A stretch of 64,000 bases of DNA from Geosiphon pyriformis uo1 (taxonomy: Eukaryota; Fungi; Glomeromycota): NCBI GenBank assembly GCA_016748015.1, contig JAAOMT010000372.1, positions 496,001 to 560,000 of the forward strand. Reading direction: 5' to 3'. Shown here piece after piece: positions 12,701 through 25,200 of this stretch. Every line of letters starts with the position of its first letter. Within the stretch, counting starts at the first letter, position 1. The translations under genes and the position numbers were made by a program. The notes beneath the pieces were generated by a model. The model had not been told where the DNA came from. It did no database searches and was given only the letters and a program-made list of their open reading frames with translations.

Positions 12701-14396
12701 ATCCAAGCTTCTTTCCAAGCACCAGACACTAACTTACAAGACAAACAAGAGTTTAAAAGCACCAAAAGCATATCTAAGACTGATTTGTTGTAATGTTTCT
12801 AAAGCTCATTTGACACCTCAAAAAGACCAGCAGCTTTGCCATCAGGCAGATTAGAAACCACTCCAAGTAGCTCATCAAAATTAACCAAACACATCACATT
12901 TGAAAAAACATCATCAAAAATGTACTCCAAAGACTGATATTAATGCGACCAATCAATGAAAAAATTCTCCACCACATTATGCTTTCTGGTCTAGTCCTCC
13001 ATAATCTTGTTAATTTTGGCTTTAACTAGGTCTGATTCCAGAATCAGTTCATCCTCAACCACAAGATGGTTCAAAACCACCTTCCGAAAAGAATGCTCCA
13101 GTATGCTTTTGATTGTGCTACCTTTGTTGAATGCAAAATTCTTTATTCAACTTTTAACAGCTGACTTTATTCTCAATTCTTTAGCTTGCAAAAACTCAGC
13201 AAGCTTGGAGGCACAATATGTTTTTTGCACACTAAAAAAAACTGAGTGCCCATGATTAAAACTCACACTAGAGTTCACAATTTCCTGCACAATTAAAGCC
13301 TTGACATTGTTCAAAGAATCCCAGTGTTTCATAAAAAGAGCAAACTTATCAACATTTTCCTTATAAGAGGCCTTAGCAATCTTTAAAACCAAAAGCTCCA
13401 GCTTATGAAACTTAGAAGATTTCTTGATAAAAACACCATTATAACTCTTAGACCATTTTTTCCTGAATATTTTGTTAGCTGACAGTGTTATAATCTTGTG
13501 AATCATGTTTCACATTACGTCCAAGTCCAAGAATTGTGCAGAAGTGATAAAACCATTAGAGAACATGGCAGCATTGGCTGCCATAGCTTCTTTAAATCTG
13601 CCCCACTTTGCATTATCAGCACCTTTAAAATCAAACTTCCAGTGATCCTTATTTGCTTGTCTACAAAGAGAGTTTAACTGAGTGTTCAGCAAACTGCCCA
13701 GACCCACAGATACAAAAACAGCTCAATGATTAGTGTCAAAGTAATCATTAATGTCTATAATATTGTGATCAACTATTGTACTGACTAAATTTGATGAAAC
13801 TAATATAAAATCAATTGTTTTTTCTACAAGTTTTGAATTCCTCTATGTGGAACTCTTCATAATCAAACTACTCACCAAAAAATTGACCAGCCCCAAACTA
13901 ACACATTTCTTAAAACTAGTACTTCTTTTTAAACAGTCTTTATTGAAGTTACTACCAAGAATAATAAAAGAAGATCTATTAGCAGTTTTTACAATGAGAG
14001 AGTTGATTTCTCCAGCCTGTGAAAACTGAGTTGCAGATAAAGCACCAGCATACAGCCCCAAGACAGACACAGAAAGTTTATTTTTGAAAAGCAATCTAAT
14101 AGATAGAAGCCGATTGGGCATCTCAGTAATCTTGCACACATGTTTTGCCAAAGAAAAGTCCATGACGACCACAATACCAGCACCCAAATACCCAGAATTC
14201 AAACCAGAAGTGAACATACGGACACCTTCAAATTTGCCAGCAATCTATGGATGAACTTTATTTTTCAATTTAGTCTCAGTAAAGATTGAAATCAAGTTGC
14301 TCTTATTCTTATGCCAACAAATAACATCTTCTTGCTTGGCAAGAACATTGATGCCTGAACATTACACATAGCTATCTTTCAGATCAAACCACTTAT
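9711..14396 (-). pseudogene. LINE-B ORF2 (APE endonuclease, RT, RNase H, C-terminal Cys motif), with stops
   Basis: RT motifs QPIVLIETVHKI, QDI*KAYNS, DQGQVFSLLFW and FVDDT; RNase H IYTDESL and ELQAI; C-terminal YCDKIEVSDH. Confidence 0.9.
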
Positions 14397-16155
14397 TGAG
14401 ATGAAGAGGATAACAAGAGACCCAAACTAGCACCTAAATAATCTAACTTTGCCAAAACTAAACTAACAGAAGCCTCAAAAGCCACCAACTTAGATTCCAA
14501 ACTACCAATTTTGGTTGTCAAGACTTTTGAACTACTCAAACCCAATGTTGAAACATTAGAAGAAGTGGATGAGAGGAGCGAAAGTACCAACTCAGAATTA
14601 TCCATAACCATATCCAAAACTAAATCTTTCTTGGCAGCAATCAAAGTAGCTGAGACTTTAAAGGGGGAGCTAAAGCTTGTGGCACCAATTTTATGTTGCT
14701 AAGTTTGTGCACAATACCAGAAACTTGGTCAGTTAGCAGCTTTAAAAATTGCTCCAAAAAGACCAAATGAGCATCCAAAAACAAATTGTCAACCAAAACA
14801 GAAAGAATACCATTATTCAAATCTGAGGTGCCAGAAAAAGGGGATTCAGAACCAGAAGCAAAGCAAAAGCCACCAGAAAAACCAGCAAGTGAAACCACCT
14901 GGGCCCAAGATTTACCACCAAAAGCAATAGGGCGAGATATTGGAACCCTTTTTTTCTCATACAACTTAGCCAACAGAAGACAACATTCATCAGACATGAC
15001 CCTTTTAAATATTCTTGAAGACTTAGAGGGGGACACAACAGATGCATCACATTCCAGAGCAGAATAACTAAACTTTCTACATTTTTTACACTGAATCAGA
15101 TCTATTCTTGCCCAAAAAAGTTTAATACTGCCAAAAATTGGCTCTGTGTGAAAGGCAGATTCCAGATCATCATTAGATTCAAAACCAATCATAGCACAGC
15201 AAATCCTATTACCAGTTTTCACAGATCTGTTTATGATGCAAGTTTTTCCACCAGCCCTTTCCAGAAGAGTCCCAAGATCATGTGCTGTTATTCCTACTGG
15301 TAAAGTAAACAAAAGCACTCTGAACTGATCCCTTGACACCCAAGTTTCATGATTTCCCACTGCTTTGGCTATGTGCACAGAATCTTTACCAATCAGGAAT
15401 GACCACTTAGAGGCTAACAAATTAGCTTGGTCTAATTCAGCAAACTCCACCACAGCTTTTTGCCATATTCTAATCAGTTGAATTTTGATTGACTTAATTT
15501 CCCCAAATTCGGATACTGTGGCAATAATCATATTTTTAGATGTGTCTATAGGAATTTTCTTAATTACCACAGCCCAATTTGACCTCATTTCTTGTCTCTT
15601 AAGATTGCTGTTTATGTTAATTTCTTTTTTTCTGGCCAATGATATGGCCATTTCTATGCTTTTTTCTATAAATTGAGTCTTTTCTATTGCTGATTTCTCT
15701 TCTATAGCACTAAGATTGATGTTAAAAGCAAAAGACTTTCTGACAGATACTTCAACTTGAGTTTTGACAATTTTTGGGTCAACCTATTTTTTTTCAAGAG
15801 AGATTTTAAAAGAGAGAGGGAAAGGCACATTATTTTCATCTATGCCATAATTGATTGAGCCAAGAGGGGAACCACAAACCAGATTGATAGTTACTTTTTT
15901 AGCTTTAAGAGTATTTATTGCTAAACCAAGGAAAGAACTATTGCCAACACCAAAAAAAATATCATCATCCCTACTATCCCCAGATACACTGTCCATATTC
16001 GAATACACTCCATGACTAGAATCAAGTTTGACCAAAAAGATATCTTTTTTATCTTCAGAATGCTTGACATTACCAACAGAAGCCCTTTTTTTCTGAGAAA
16101 AAGAACCCCCAATAGGACCATAAAAAACCCCTATGGGCGCCTTCTTTTTAGACAT
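14393..16155 (-). pseudogene. LINE-B ORF1 (RRM-like + CCHC knuckle)
   Basis: MSKKKAP start; CKKCRKFSYSALEC knuckle; ORF-track fragments 15784-16188, 14641-15651 and 14393-14644. Confidence 0.88.
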
Positions 16156-16333
16156 GGTATTATCTGAAGCAACAGCCAGATTCACCACAAAAGAATTATT
16201 TGATTGAGAAATGTTTGCAAGAGATAGCAGAAAAGAAAAAAAAAAAAAAACTTTTTTTTCGAAAAATTGCTTTTTGGGGTTTTTTGGAAGTAAGAGAGAA
16301 AAAAGTTTTGCTTATTTATTCTTACTATAAATT

Positions 16334-17553
16334 CAAGGCTGCCAGAGATAATTCCATTAGAAAAGCTATTGACAAATATATGGAAAATTTTTGTTCTAAT
16401 AAAGATAGAATGATTAAAAGTATCCTGGATTGCTCTGTTCAAAAAGTAACATTTGATCATTTGGTGGTAAATGACAAGCTTGTTTTGAAACCTTTGATGG
16501 TCAAATTAATGGTCGATAATATCATAGAAAAATAGACAAGAAAGCATTTGGTGCCTAGTTCTACTCCTGTTTACTGGCTCAACTAATATGTTCCTCTTAA
16601 TTATATTAATGATGTGGCCTTTTTAGGCATTATGTGTGATATTGGGTTTGATGAGTTTTTACAGGTTGTCAAGTCTCTGCCTGATGGAAAGGCTGCTGGT
16701 CTGTTTGGTATTCCTAATAAGCTTTGGAAACATGGCAACCAGCAGGTTCTCAGTGGCTTGTTGGACATTTTAAATGAGTGTTTAAGATCTAGTACAGTTC
16801 CTAAGCAATAAAAAAGGACCTGGATTTCTATGATACTGAAGTCTTATGATTAGGAGAGGACTCTCACTAATATGAGACCAATAACACTAGTTAAAACAGC
16901 TAGGAAGATTTTATCCAAAATTCTGTCTTATAGGATTTCTTTGGCTTGTAATGATTATAATATGCTGCATAGAGATAATTTTTCAGTTTTGAAGAGCATT
17001 TCTTCTTAAACCCCAATTTTTGCTGTAGGTTTTATTATTGAAGATGCATTAAAGAAGGATTGTAAGCTGTAACTTGTTCTTCAAAATATGTGTAAAGCTT
17101 ATGATTCGGTTGGGTGGTCTCACTTAAGGAACAGTTTGGTTAAAATTAAAATGTGTCTTTATTTCATTGAATTTTTTGGGAGCATACATAATAACTGTAT
17201 TAATCAGGTGATAATAAATTTTGGATTCACTAATAGATACATTGTTTATGATGGCCTGAATTAGGGTGAGGCATTCTCATCTTTGTTATGGAGAATTTTT
17301 TATGATTCTTTACTGTATAAGGTTAAGAGACATGAGAATTTGTATAGATACTAGCTAGACTCAAAATTTTTTACATGAACTGGCAAACAAGATTACAAGG
17401 GTGGTTTGACATCATATTTGGCTGCAGGAGTATTTGTGAATAATATTATTTGGATTGGAAATAGCATGGCTGCTACTCAGTATATTTTGGATATAGTTAG
17501 CAAATTTTTCTATCTCAATAATATTTCAATTAACACTGAGAAAATGGTAGCTA
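16334..17553 (+). pseudogene. LINE-A ORF2 part 2 (reverse transcriptase)
   Basis: LPDGKAAG..IPN, RPITLV, KAYDSVGW and AAGVFVNNIIW (degenerate FVDD). Confidence 0.88.
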
Positions 17554-17694
17554 TAGTAAACTCTCTTTATAATTATATCTTTTGGTCAGCACATTTGTGG
17601 TGACTATAGAAAGATAAGACTATAAAAAATGATTAATATCTTATTACATGATCTATATATCACATGCATAATATAATAACCAATTATATATATT

Positions 17695-19239
17695 TTATTT
17701 AAAAAAGCTATCTATTTGCAACTGTTTTTTTTCTTTTTGAACTTTGAGAACAGTATTATGAATTAATGTTTTCAAAGTTTTAAAAAAGTCTGAATCAACT
17801 TTTTCACTATACTGCTCTTCACAATAGTGCAATATATCTTCAAGAGCAGTTTTATCTTGATTTGTAGATAGTAAAAGCAAAAGTTCATCTTCATTTTCAC
17901 TTTTTAAATCTTTATTTGCACTATACTTGTTGTTAATAAGATCCACAATTTCATCCTCTGAGGCATAAGTAAATAATAATTCAAACTTGTCAATATTAAT
18001 GAAGTCTATTGCCAATAGCTTGTCAATATTAACATGCTCAATAAGAACTTGTACTTCTTGTAGGAGTTCTTGTTCAATATCTAATAGATGGGCTGGCATT
18101 TGACTATTATTCAAAATTTCCATATGATGCCAACAGTATTGGATTGTAGTTGTTGTTATTGCTGACTACACATTAATTAAAAAGTCAACTACATCTTTTA
18201 ATGTTACTGTTGATATTGGAATCTTGTCATTATACTGATTAATAAGATAGAAAAGAAACAACTTTCAGTATTGTGCCTTAAAGAATACAATAATTCTTGC
18301 ATCTAAGAGTTGCAAATAGGATGTTGTATTGGATGGTAGATATTTAATCATAATATTAAATAATATGGAAGGTTCTCTACCATGGGAACCAGTATTATCA
18401 AGCAATAGCAAAATCTTTTTTTTTGTGATGCATTTTTTTATTTAATAAATTAAGCCATTTACAAAAATATCAGTTTGCATTTATGCTTTTGTATTGTAAC
18501 AATAAGTGATTGAAAGTGCATTTATATTAATATTGTGAAAACATCATAGTTTTACAGCTTTGCCAATAATTAAAGACTGCAACTTGATGCTATCTGTTGT
18601 ATTACAAACAAGAAGTATGATAATTTGATTCTTATTACACTTAGTGCCAGAGGTAAATCTTGTTGCCAAAGTTGCATTTAGTGGTATTCTAAAGAATAAT
18701 GCTGTTTCATTGGCATTGTAAACATCATTTAGATTATATTCGCTGATAATCTCATGCAGTTTCTCTTATTTCTCTGGTAAAATTTCCAAGAAGGCACTGT
18801 TTGCTTCACCATGCATCTTAATGTGGTGCAAATTATAATGTTTTTTGAACTTTTCTAACCAACTATCTAATGCTTTAAAGTTATTTTCTTCTGGAAACTT
18901 TTCAGCAAACTTGAGGGTTTTCGTTTGTAAAATTTTTCCAGTAAGAATGCAGTTAGTAGCTAGTGTTCTAAGCATTCATTCTTCCAGTACATCATTTATC
19001 TTTGGAAACATCTCTTTCCTGTCCTTTGTCAATTGATTAGAGTTGCCAGATATATTTTTTTCAATCCATTGGTCTGATTTTGCGAATATCTTTGTTATAA
19101 TAGAGAGATTAATCTTTAGATTAAATATTTGGATAAGTCTATTTGCTGAGTAGTCAAAATGCTTTAGTTTGTACTGGCAGAGAGCCTTTTTAGTTTTCAA
19201 GAAGATTTCTGTTTGCTTTTGGTTTGCATTTTTTGGCAT
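17695..19239 (-). pseudogene. CENP-B/pogo-type DDE transposase, decayed
   Basis: HTH region FKALDSWLEKFKKHYNL..MHGEANSA, then DVYNANETALFFR, LLLDNTGSH and YLPSNTTSYLQLLDARII (DDE_1-like). Confidence 0.9.
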
Positions 19240-19614
19240 ATTAATAAGAACACACTTTTTATTACATTTTGCTTTTATAATGCATTAATGTATCTATTAT
19301 GTCTTAAACATCATTTTGTCTTATATCTTATTAGACATATGAAGTGTCTTATGTTATATGAGGTGCTTCAGATTATAAAAAGCAGCCAAATTATAAAAAT
19401 AAAGATTTTAATCCAACTGTAGAATTCTAAGTGCAAATGACAAATTCTCAGTAAAAAAAAACCTAATTTTGATAATGTATCTATAACACTTTTTGTCTCT
19501 TACTTCCAACTGATAATCAATAATGAAGACTGTCAATTTGATCTTCTGTATATTTGTATAATTATATAGAAGATAGCACAATGTTATGTTGTCAAGCCCT
19601 CCAAATACAGCAAT

Positions 19615-20118
19615 GCCTATATCAATTGGAATATTAATATAAAATACTTTGTACAATGTCAGAGATATTGGAGTAAAAGTCAACTACAGTTTTTTAAAAA
19701 ATGTTCTGATCATTATAAGTCATGGGATTTAATATGTAATATTTATAAGCATACAATGGCTTCCAAATTAATGTGATCATATGTTGTTTCTAAGGAAAAT
19801 TTATTTGTTGAAGATTACTTAGAATGGGCCCAAAATAAAACAGATCCAACATTTAGGTTAAAGTATGAACAAGTTTTTTTTTATTTACAAGCAATTATTA
19901 ACTTTCGCACTGGAGTTTGTCTTAATAGGTTTTCATTAAGACTTACAGCTAGATAAATGTTTGCACCAATTTGGTCTGCTTGGTGCCATTCTATTTACCA
20001 ATTAATTAAAATTGCTGATAAAAAACAATGACTATAATTGAAGCCTGAAGTTTACAAGTTGATTCAAGAAAAAATTGTAATTTCTCAATCTAAACTTTCA
20101 AATCAACATTAAGGCCAT
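19615..20118 (+). pseudogene. Cargo coding fragment inside the pogo element (continues at 40456-~40810 after the Gypsy-1 insertion)
   Basis: Long near-open frame NWNINIKYFVQCQRY..CSDHYKSWD..YLQAIINFRTGV..FAPIWSA..NQH*GH|DAILEKINKILKSLIP..HWEIAA, which rejoins in frame across the CCAT TSD. Confidence 0.65.
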
Positions 20119-20984
20119 TGTTACTCATAGAATATAGGAAATATAGTATTATTAGTTAGTAGAGATTAGCCAATTAGATGTAGACATAGTAAATGTGGAA
20201 TTCCAGAATTCCTCTCAGAGAAATTGCAAGATTCCAGAAATTTCAGGATTCCAGAATTCCAGGATTCCTCTCATTAGGAATTGCAGGATTCCAAGAATTC
20301 CAGGATTTCTGGCACAAGGAATGGAAGAATTGAGGAATCTCAATTATATATATATAGCAGTAGGATTAGAAGCTAAAAAGACAGACCTCTCAGTTTAGAT
20401 TTAATCTAAGCAACTCTCCAAATTACAATCATCTAATAAATAACTATTTGTTATCTCAAATCTATTTTCACTATCAACACTTCATGTTGATAGTAATTGA
20501 CACTTAACCACACTAAAACAATAGCTCTTGATCATGGCTATTGATGGAATACTAACTTGCAAATCGCCTTGGCTTATTTCTTTTCTTTCTTTATTTTCTT
20601 TTCTTTTCTTTATTTTTTTGCTTTGATTTTATTGTTGTTTACTAACTCTATTGAGGATTAACATGTGGGGCACTGACATCAGAATAAACGTGACTGGTAA
20701 AAGACTCAGAAATAAGGGTAGAACACTCAATTAAAGATAGCTTACCAGAAGGAATACCAGCTATCAAGCTGAGAAAAAAATTGACAAAACTGTGGTTTTG
20801 GGAAGCTACAAATAAAACTCTCATTATTGAATCTTTGTCTATTATACAAAGAACTCAACCAAATCCTTCAGATACAAAACCTTCAGATACCAAACCTTCA
20901 GATCATTGACAACGAAAATAGCTTTTGAGCACCAAGTTATGGATTTGTTATTTAATTTAACAGCAGAAATAATCACTTGTAACA
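20119..20984 (+). repeat. Gypsy-1 5' LTR
   Basis: TG...CA ends; direct repeat of 39563-40451; TATA-like run at ~20344-20356. Confidence 0.95.
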
Positions 20985-20986
20985 TT

Positions 20987-21003
20987 TGGTGCTCCCTGTG
21001 AGG
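20987..21003 (+). promoter_or_regulatory. Primer-binding site TGGTGCTCCCTGTGAGG (probably elongator tRNA-Met)
   Basis: Lies 2 nt after the LTR; its complement CCTCACAGGGAGCACCA resembles elongator tRNA-Met 3' ends. Also present at 22187 and, decayed, at 44337 and 63927. Confidence 0.75.
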
Positions 21004-22246
21004 TATAATCCTACAGAGAACCAGCACCAACAGACACCATCCAAAAGTGGCAGAATCAGAAAACATAGGAGCAAACCATTTAAGATTTGTGAAATCCCTA
21101 TTTCAATACTATTGTTAATACTTGGAATTAAACCACAATCATATATCTGCCAAATCAGCCTTTAATTTCTATGTCAACGAAAAGATTTTCTCTTTGTTAG
21201 GAACATCAATAAATACTGAATCAGCCAGGGAAACTTTCTACAGAGAATTAATTCAAAATACCAATCTGTCAACAAATCACAATTTTGTCTCTATCATTAC
21301 TGAAATCAACAAAGAAATTGAACATCACACTCAACAAAGATATCTAATTACTTATGCCAATAAAGGCAAAGAAAAACTACAAACACCAGTGGTAACACTA
21401 TTATGCATAAATTATAGGAATTATATTAGAATATAAATTAGCCAATCAGAATAGATGTAGTAAATGTAGAATTCCAGAATTCCTTTCATCAGGAATTGCA
21501 GGATTCCAGGAATCCCAGGATTTCTATCATAAAGAATTGAGGAATTGAAGAATCTCAATTATGTATATATAGGGATAGCATTAGAAACAAAAAGAGACAT
21601 CCAGTTTAGATTTAATTTAAGCAACTTTCCAAATCACAATTATCTAATAAATAACTATTTGTTATCTCAAATCCATTTCCATTATCAATGCTTCATGTTG
21701 ATAGTAATCGACATTTAACCATACTGGAACAATAGCTCTTGATTATGGCTATTAACAGAATACTAACTTACCAAATTGCCTTGGCTTATTTTTTTTACTT
21801 TCTTTTCTTTATTTTATTTTATTTTTTTTTCTTTGATTTTGTTGTTGCATACTAATTAATTGAGAATTAAAAACACTGAGTTATTGACATCACAGATAGC
21901 CTGGTAAAAGACCCAGAAATAAGAGTAGATTTATATATATTATCGGTTAGCTTACCAGAAGGGCACAACTACCAAAATAAATCTGGCCACCAAGCTAAGA
22001 AAGAAATTGAAAACCAACTGTACACACAAACACCATCACTATTGAGTTTCTGTTCATTATACAAAAGACTTTATCAAAACTTTTAGATACAACATCTTCA
22101 GAACATCATCAACGGAAATAGCTTTTGAGCACCAAGTTACAGGTTTGTTATTTAATTTAACAGCAGAAATAATCATCTGTAACATTTGGTGCTCCCTGTG
22201 AAGTATAATCCTACAGAGAACCAGCACCAACAAACACTATCCAAAA

Positions 22247-25200
22247 GTGGTAGAATCAGAAAATATAGAAGCAAACCATTTAGGATTTGCAAAATTCTTA
22301 TTCCAACACTATTGTCAATACCTGGGATTAAACCATAATTACATATCTGCTGAATCAGCCTTCAATTTCTACATCAACAAAAAGATTTTCTCTTTGTTAA
22401 AAACACCAGTGAATACTGAATCAGCAAGGAAAACTTTCTATAGAAAATTAATTCAAAACACCAGCCTATCAACAAATCATAATTTCACATCCATCATCAC
22501 TGAAATTAACAAAGAAATTGAACATTACACCCAACAAAAATATCCAATTACATACGTTAGTAAAGACAAAGGAAAACTACAAACACCAGCAGTAACACCC
22601 AGAAAGATACAACCACCTACTTGGAAGAAAAACAAAATTGAATCCCCAAGCAACCCATCCTACCACTATACATCCAGAAGTGCCATTAACATATCATCAA
22701 CAGACACATTCCCATCAACTGCAATATTAGCATTTAGACAATTCCCATTCCAAAGTAGACAAAAGAAAACAGAATTATTAGGACCATATGGCAAATACTT
22801 TAAGGGATTTAATTTGCAATCATCAACCCCATCAGAACTTCAATCATTACCGTCTCCACCAGATTTCGGAATTTTTGATCTGTGGAAAGTACCAGAATCA
22901 GAAAAAGAGAAAGAAGAATCAGAGGATTAAGAATTCACTTATCAGCATCTAATCACTAAAAACCTGGGAGTTGAAACCCTGAATCCTCAAACTCAGCAAA
23001 ATTTAAATTTAGAAAATTCAGAAATCGAAACTCCAAATTATCAAAGGCAGAACAATCCAAACTCCAAATTAATTCATCAGTAAAACCTACCTCCAGTTAT
23101 CGTTATTGATCAACCACCAATTGAGCCAATCAGTGAGCCAATTCAACCATCTCAAGTACCACCCCAACAACTGTTACCTCTTCAACAACTTCAGCAACAG
23201 CCGCCTCAACAGCTCCAGCAGTCTATATTACCAATGGCCTATGCACCAATCACCAAATTAGAAAAATTCACTGGGGAAGAGGATGATGCTCAAGCTTGGT
23301 TAAACGACGTCGCCAAAGCAATCATAACAAACAATTGAAATGACGACAGAGCTCTTTAGGCAATTTCATATTTCCTTCAAGATACTGCGGATTTGTGATA
23401 TTAAAGCTTAGCCACAAAACCTCAAATGTTTGATGCATTTAAGCAGGTGTTTCTAAGAAATTTCAGTAATAATAACAGTATCAATTGTTTGGTAAATACT
23501 TTTACTACTATTAAACAAGGAGACACTGAAGCCATTACCACATACTTGGGATGATTCCATAGATGCCTGCACCAAATCCAAGCTATTAATGCTGATTATT
23601 TCACAGTGGCTCAAATTTTAAATCAATTTATCAAAGGCTTACGCAGTAGTATTCTCCAGCGCATATGTTCACTACATCCAGCAGATTTACAAGCAGCTGT
23701 CACTAACACCAGAGATTTTGAAGCAGCCGAACTCAAAACTAACCATGCCCAAGCCGTTAATCTAGTAATGAATGGATCATCTAAATTGGATTCTAAATTA
23801 AAACAATTCAGTAATTCTATCAATCAAAAATTAGAGGGATACTTAACTGACAATTAAGTAATTTATCAATCACCACAATGATGCAACAATCAAGAAAACT
23901 CCAATTGCATCCAAAATCAGTCATGTCCATCATTTTCGGCCAATCAACAGTGGCAATAAGAAATGCATGTTTGCCACTATTGTGGTAGACAAGAACATAT
24001 ACAATTCGATTGCTACCAGTGTTTAAATAACCAATAATCAGGAAATCAATATTGAAACCCCAATCACCAGTTTCAAGCTCCAAGTTTCCAGCAAAATCAA
24101 GAACAATATCAACACTTACCTCATTATGTACCAATAATGCAGCAATCAATTTATCAACCACCAGTATATCAAGCTCTCATTTATCAACCAACGGCCTCAA
24201 TTTATCAGCCATAGCCACAGATAATATATCAATCACAACCACCAACAATCTATTAACCCCAAATAGTTCAGACATCATCACAAAACTTACCTGCCAGTGG
24301 AGTCCAAAGACCAAAAATCACGCAGCAAAACTGGAGATCATCAATAGTAGTTTATCAACTGATTCCCAGCTCTTTCAGTCAACAAACAAGATCTTATTAA
24401 TGGAATTCGGGCACCAGTCATTTCCAAAACCCAAATTCTCAGGACTATTTAAGTCTCCTAGTTATCCCAAAAGATGCCTCACCCAGCAACCAGGAACCCA
24501 CCCAAAAACAACAAACACTTACCAGCAATATTCTGCCAGCAACAGTCACCAACAACAAATTACTAACTGCCATTTTCCCATTCGAGATCGAAGAGCCATC
24601 AAGTACTCTATTATTTAGTGGAGCTGCTCTCAATAAAAAACCCATCACCGCAATGTACACAGATGCTAAAGTTGATGGTCAATTCATCAAATTGATCCTT
24701 GATAGTGGTTCAGCAGACAGTATCATCACACGACAACTCATGGACCAATTAGGTTGCTGAGTTGATCAAGCTGCCAGCACCAGAATTATCACAGCTGATG
24801 AAGCGACTAAAATTCCAATTGGTGAAATCAACAATTTCCCTTTTGAAGTCAATGGCATTGTAACTCCCATTAAAGTTTTAGTAATAGAAACCACTCAATA
24901 CTAAGCTCTAATTGGTAATGACTGCCTATCCAAAGTCAACACGACATTAGACTGGAACACTTAAGAACTTCAGCTAACATATCAAGGCCGACATATACAT
25001 GTACCAGCCACATGTGGCCATTTCAAGACTCCTCTAAGAGAGAAACTATTGATCGAACTGGAGGAGGAGAAAGAGAAACCTATCTGGAAAGCTTACCAAG
25101 TCTCCTGAGCCAATGCCAACCACAACAAACTACCACTCATACTCTCATAGAATGACAAAGGAAAGAGAAAAGAAGAAAAAAAACTTATTGGAGGAACAAA

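Larger units (their letters stand above)
9580..16322 (-). mobile_element. LINE-B: full-length LINE of the same family, inserted antisense into LINE-A ORF2
   Basis: Poly(T) at 9578-9587; TSD TACTATGAATT (9569-9579) / TACTATAAATT (16323-16333); complete ORF1 and ORF2. Confidence 0.93.

Noticed and set aside
16182-16535. ORFs spanning the LINE-B 5' UTR / LINE-A junction (also 9278-9640, 17406-17603, 21122-21436)
   Set aside because: Chimeric read-through across insertion junctions, not genes.
21870-21960. Possible hammerhead ribozyme in the LTR
   Set aside because: No CUGAnGA/GAAA core in the correct stem context.
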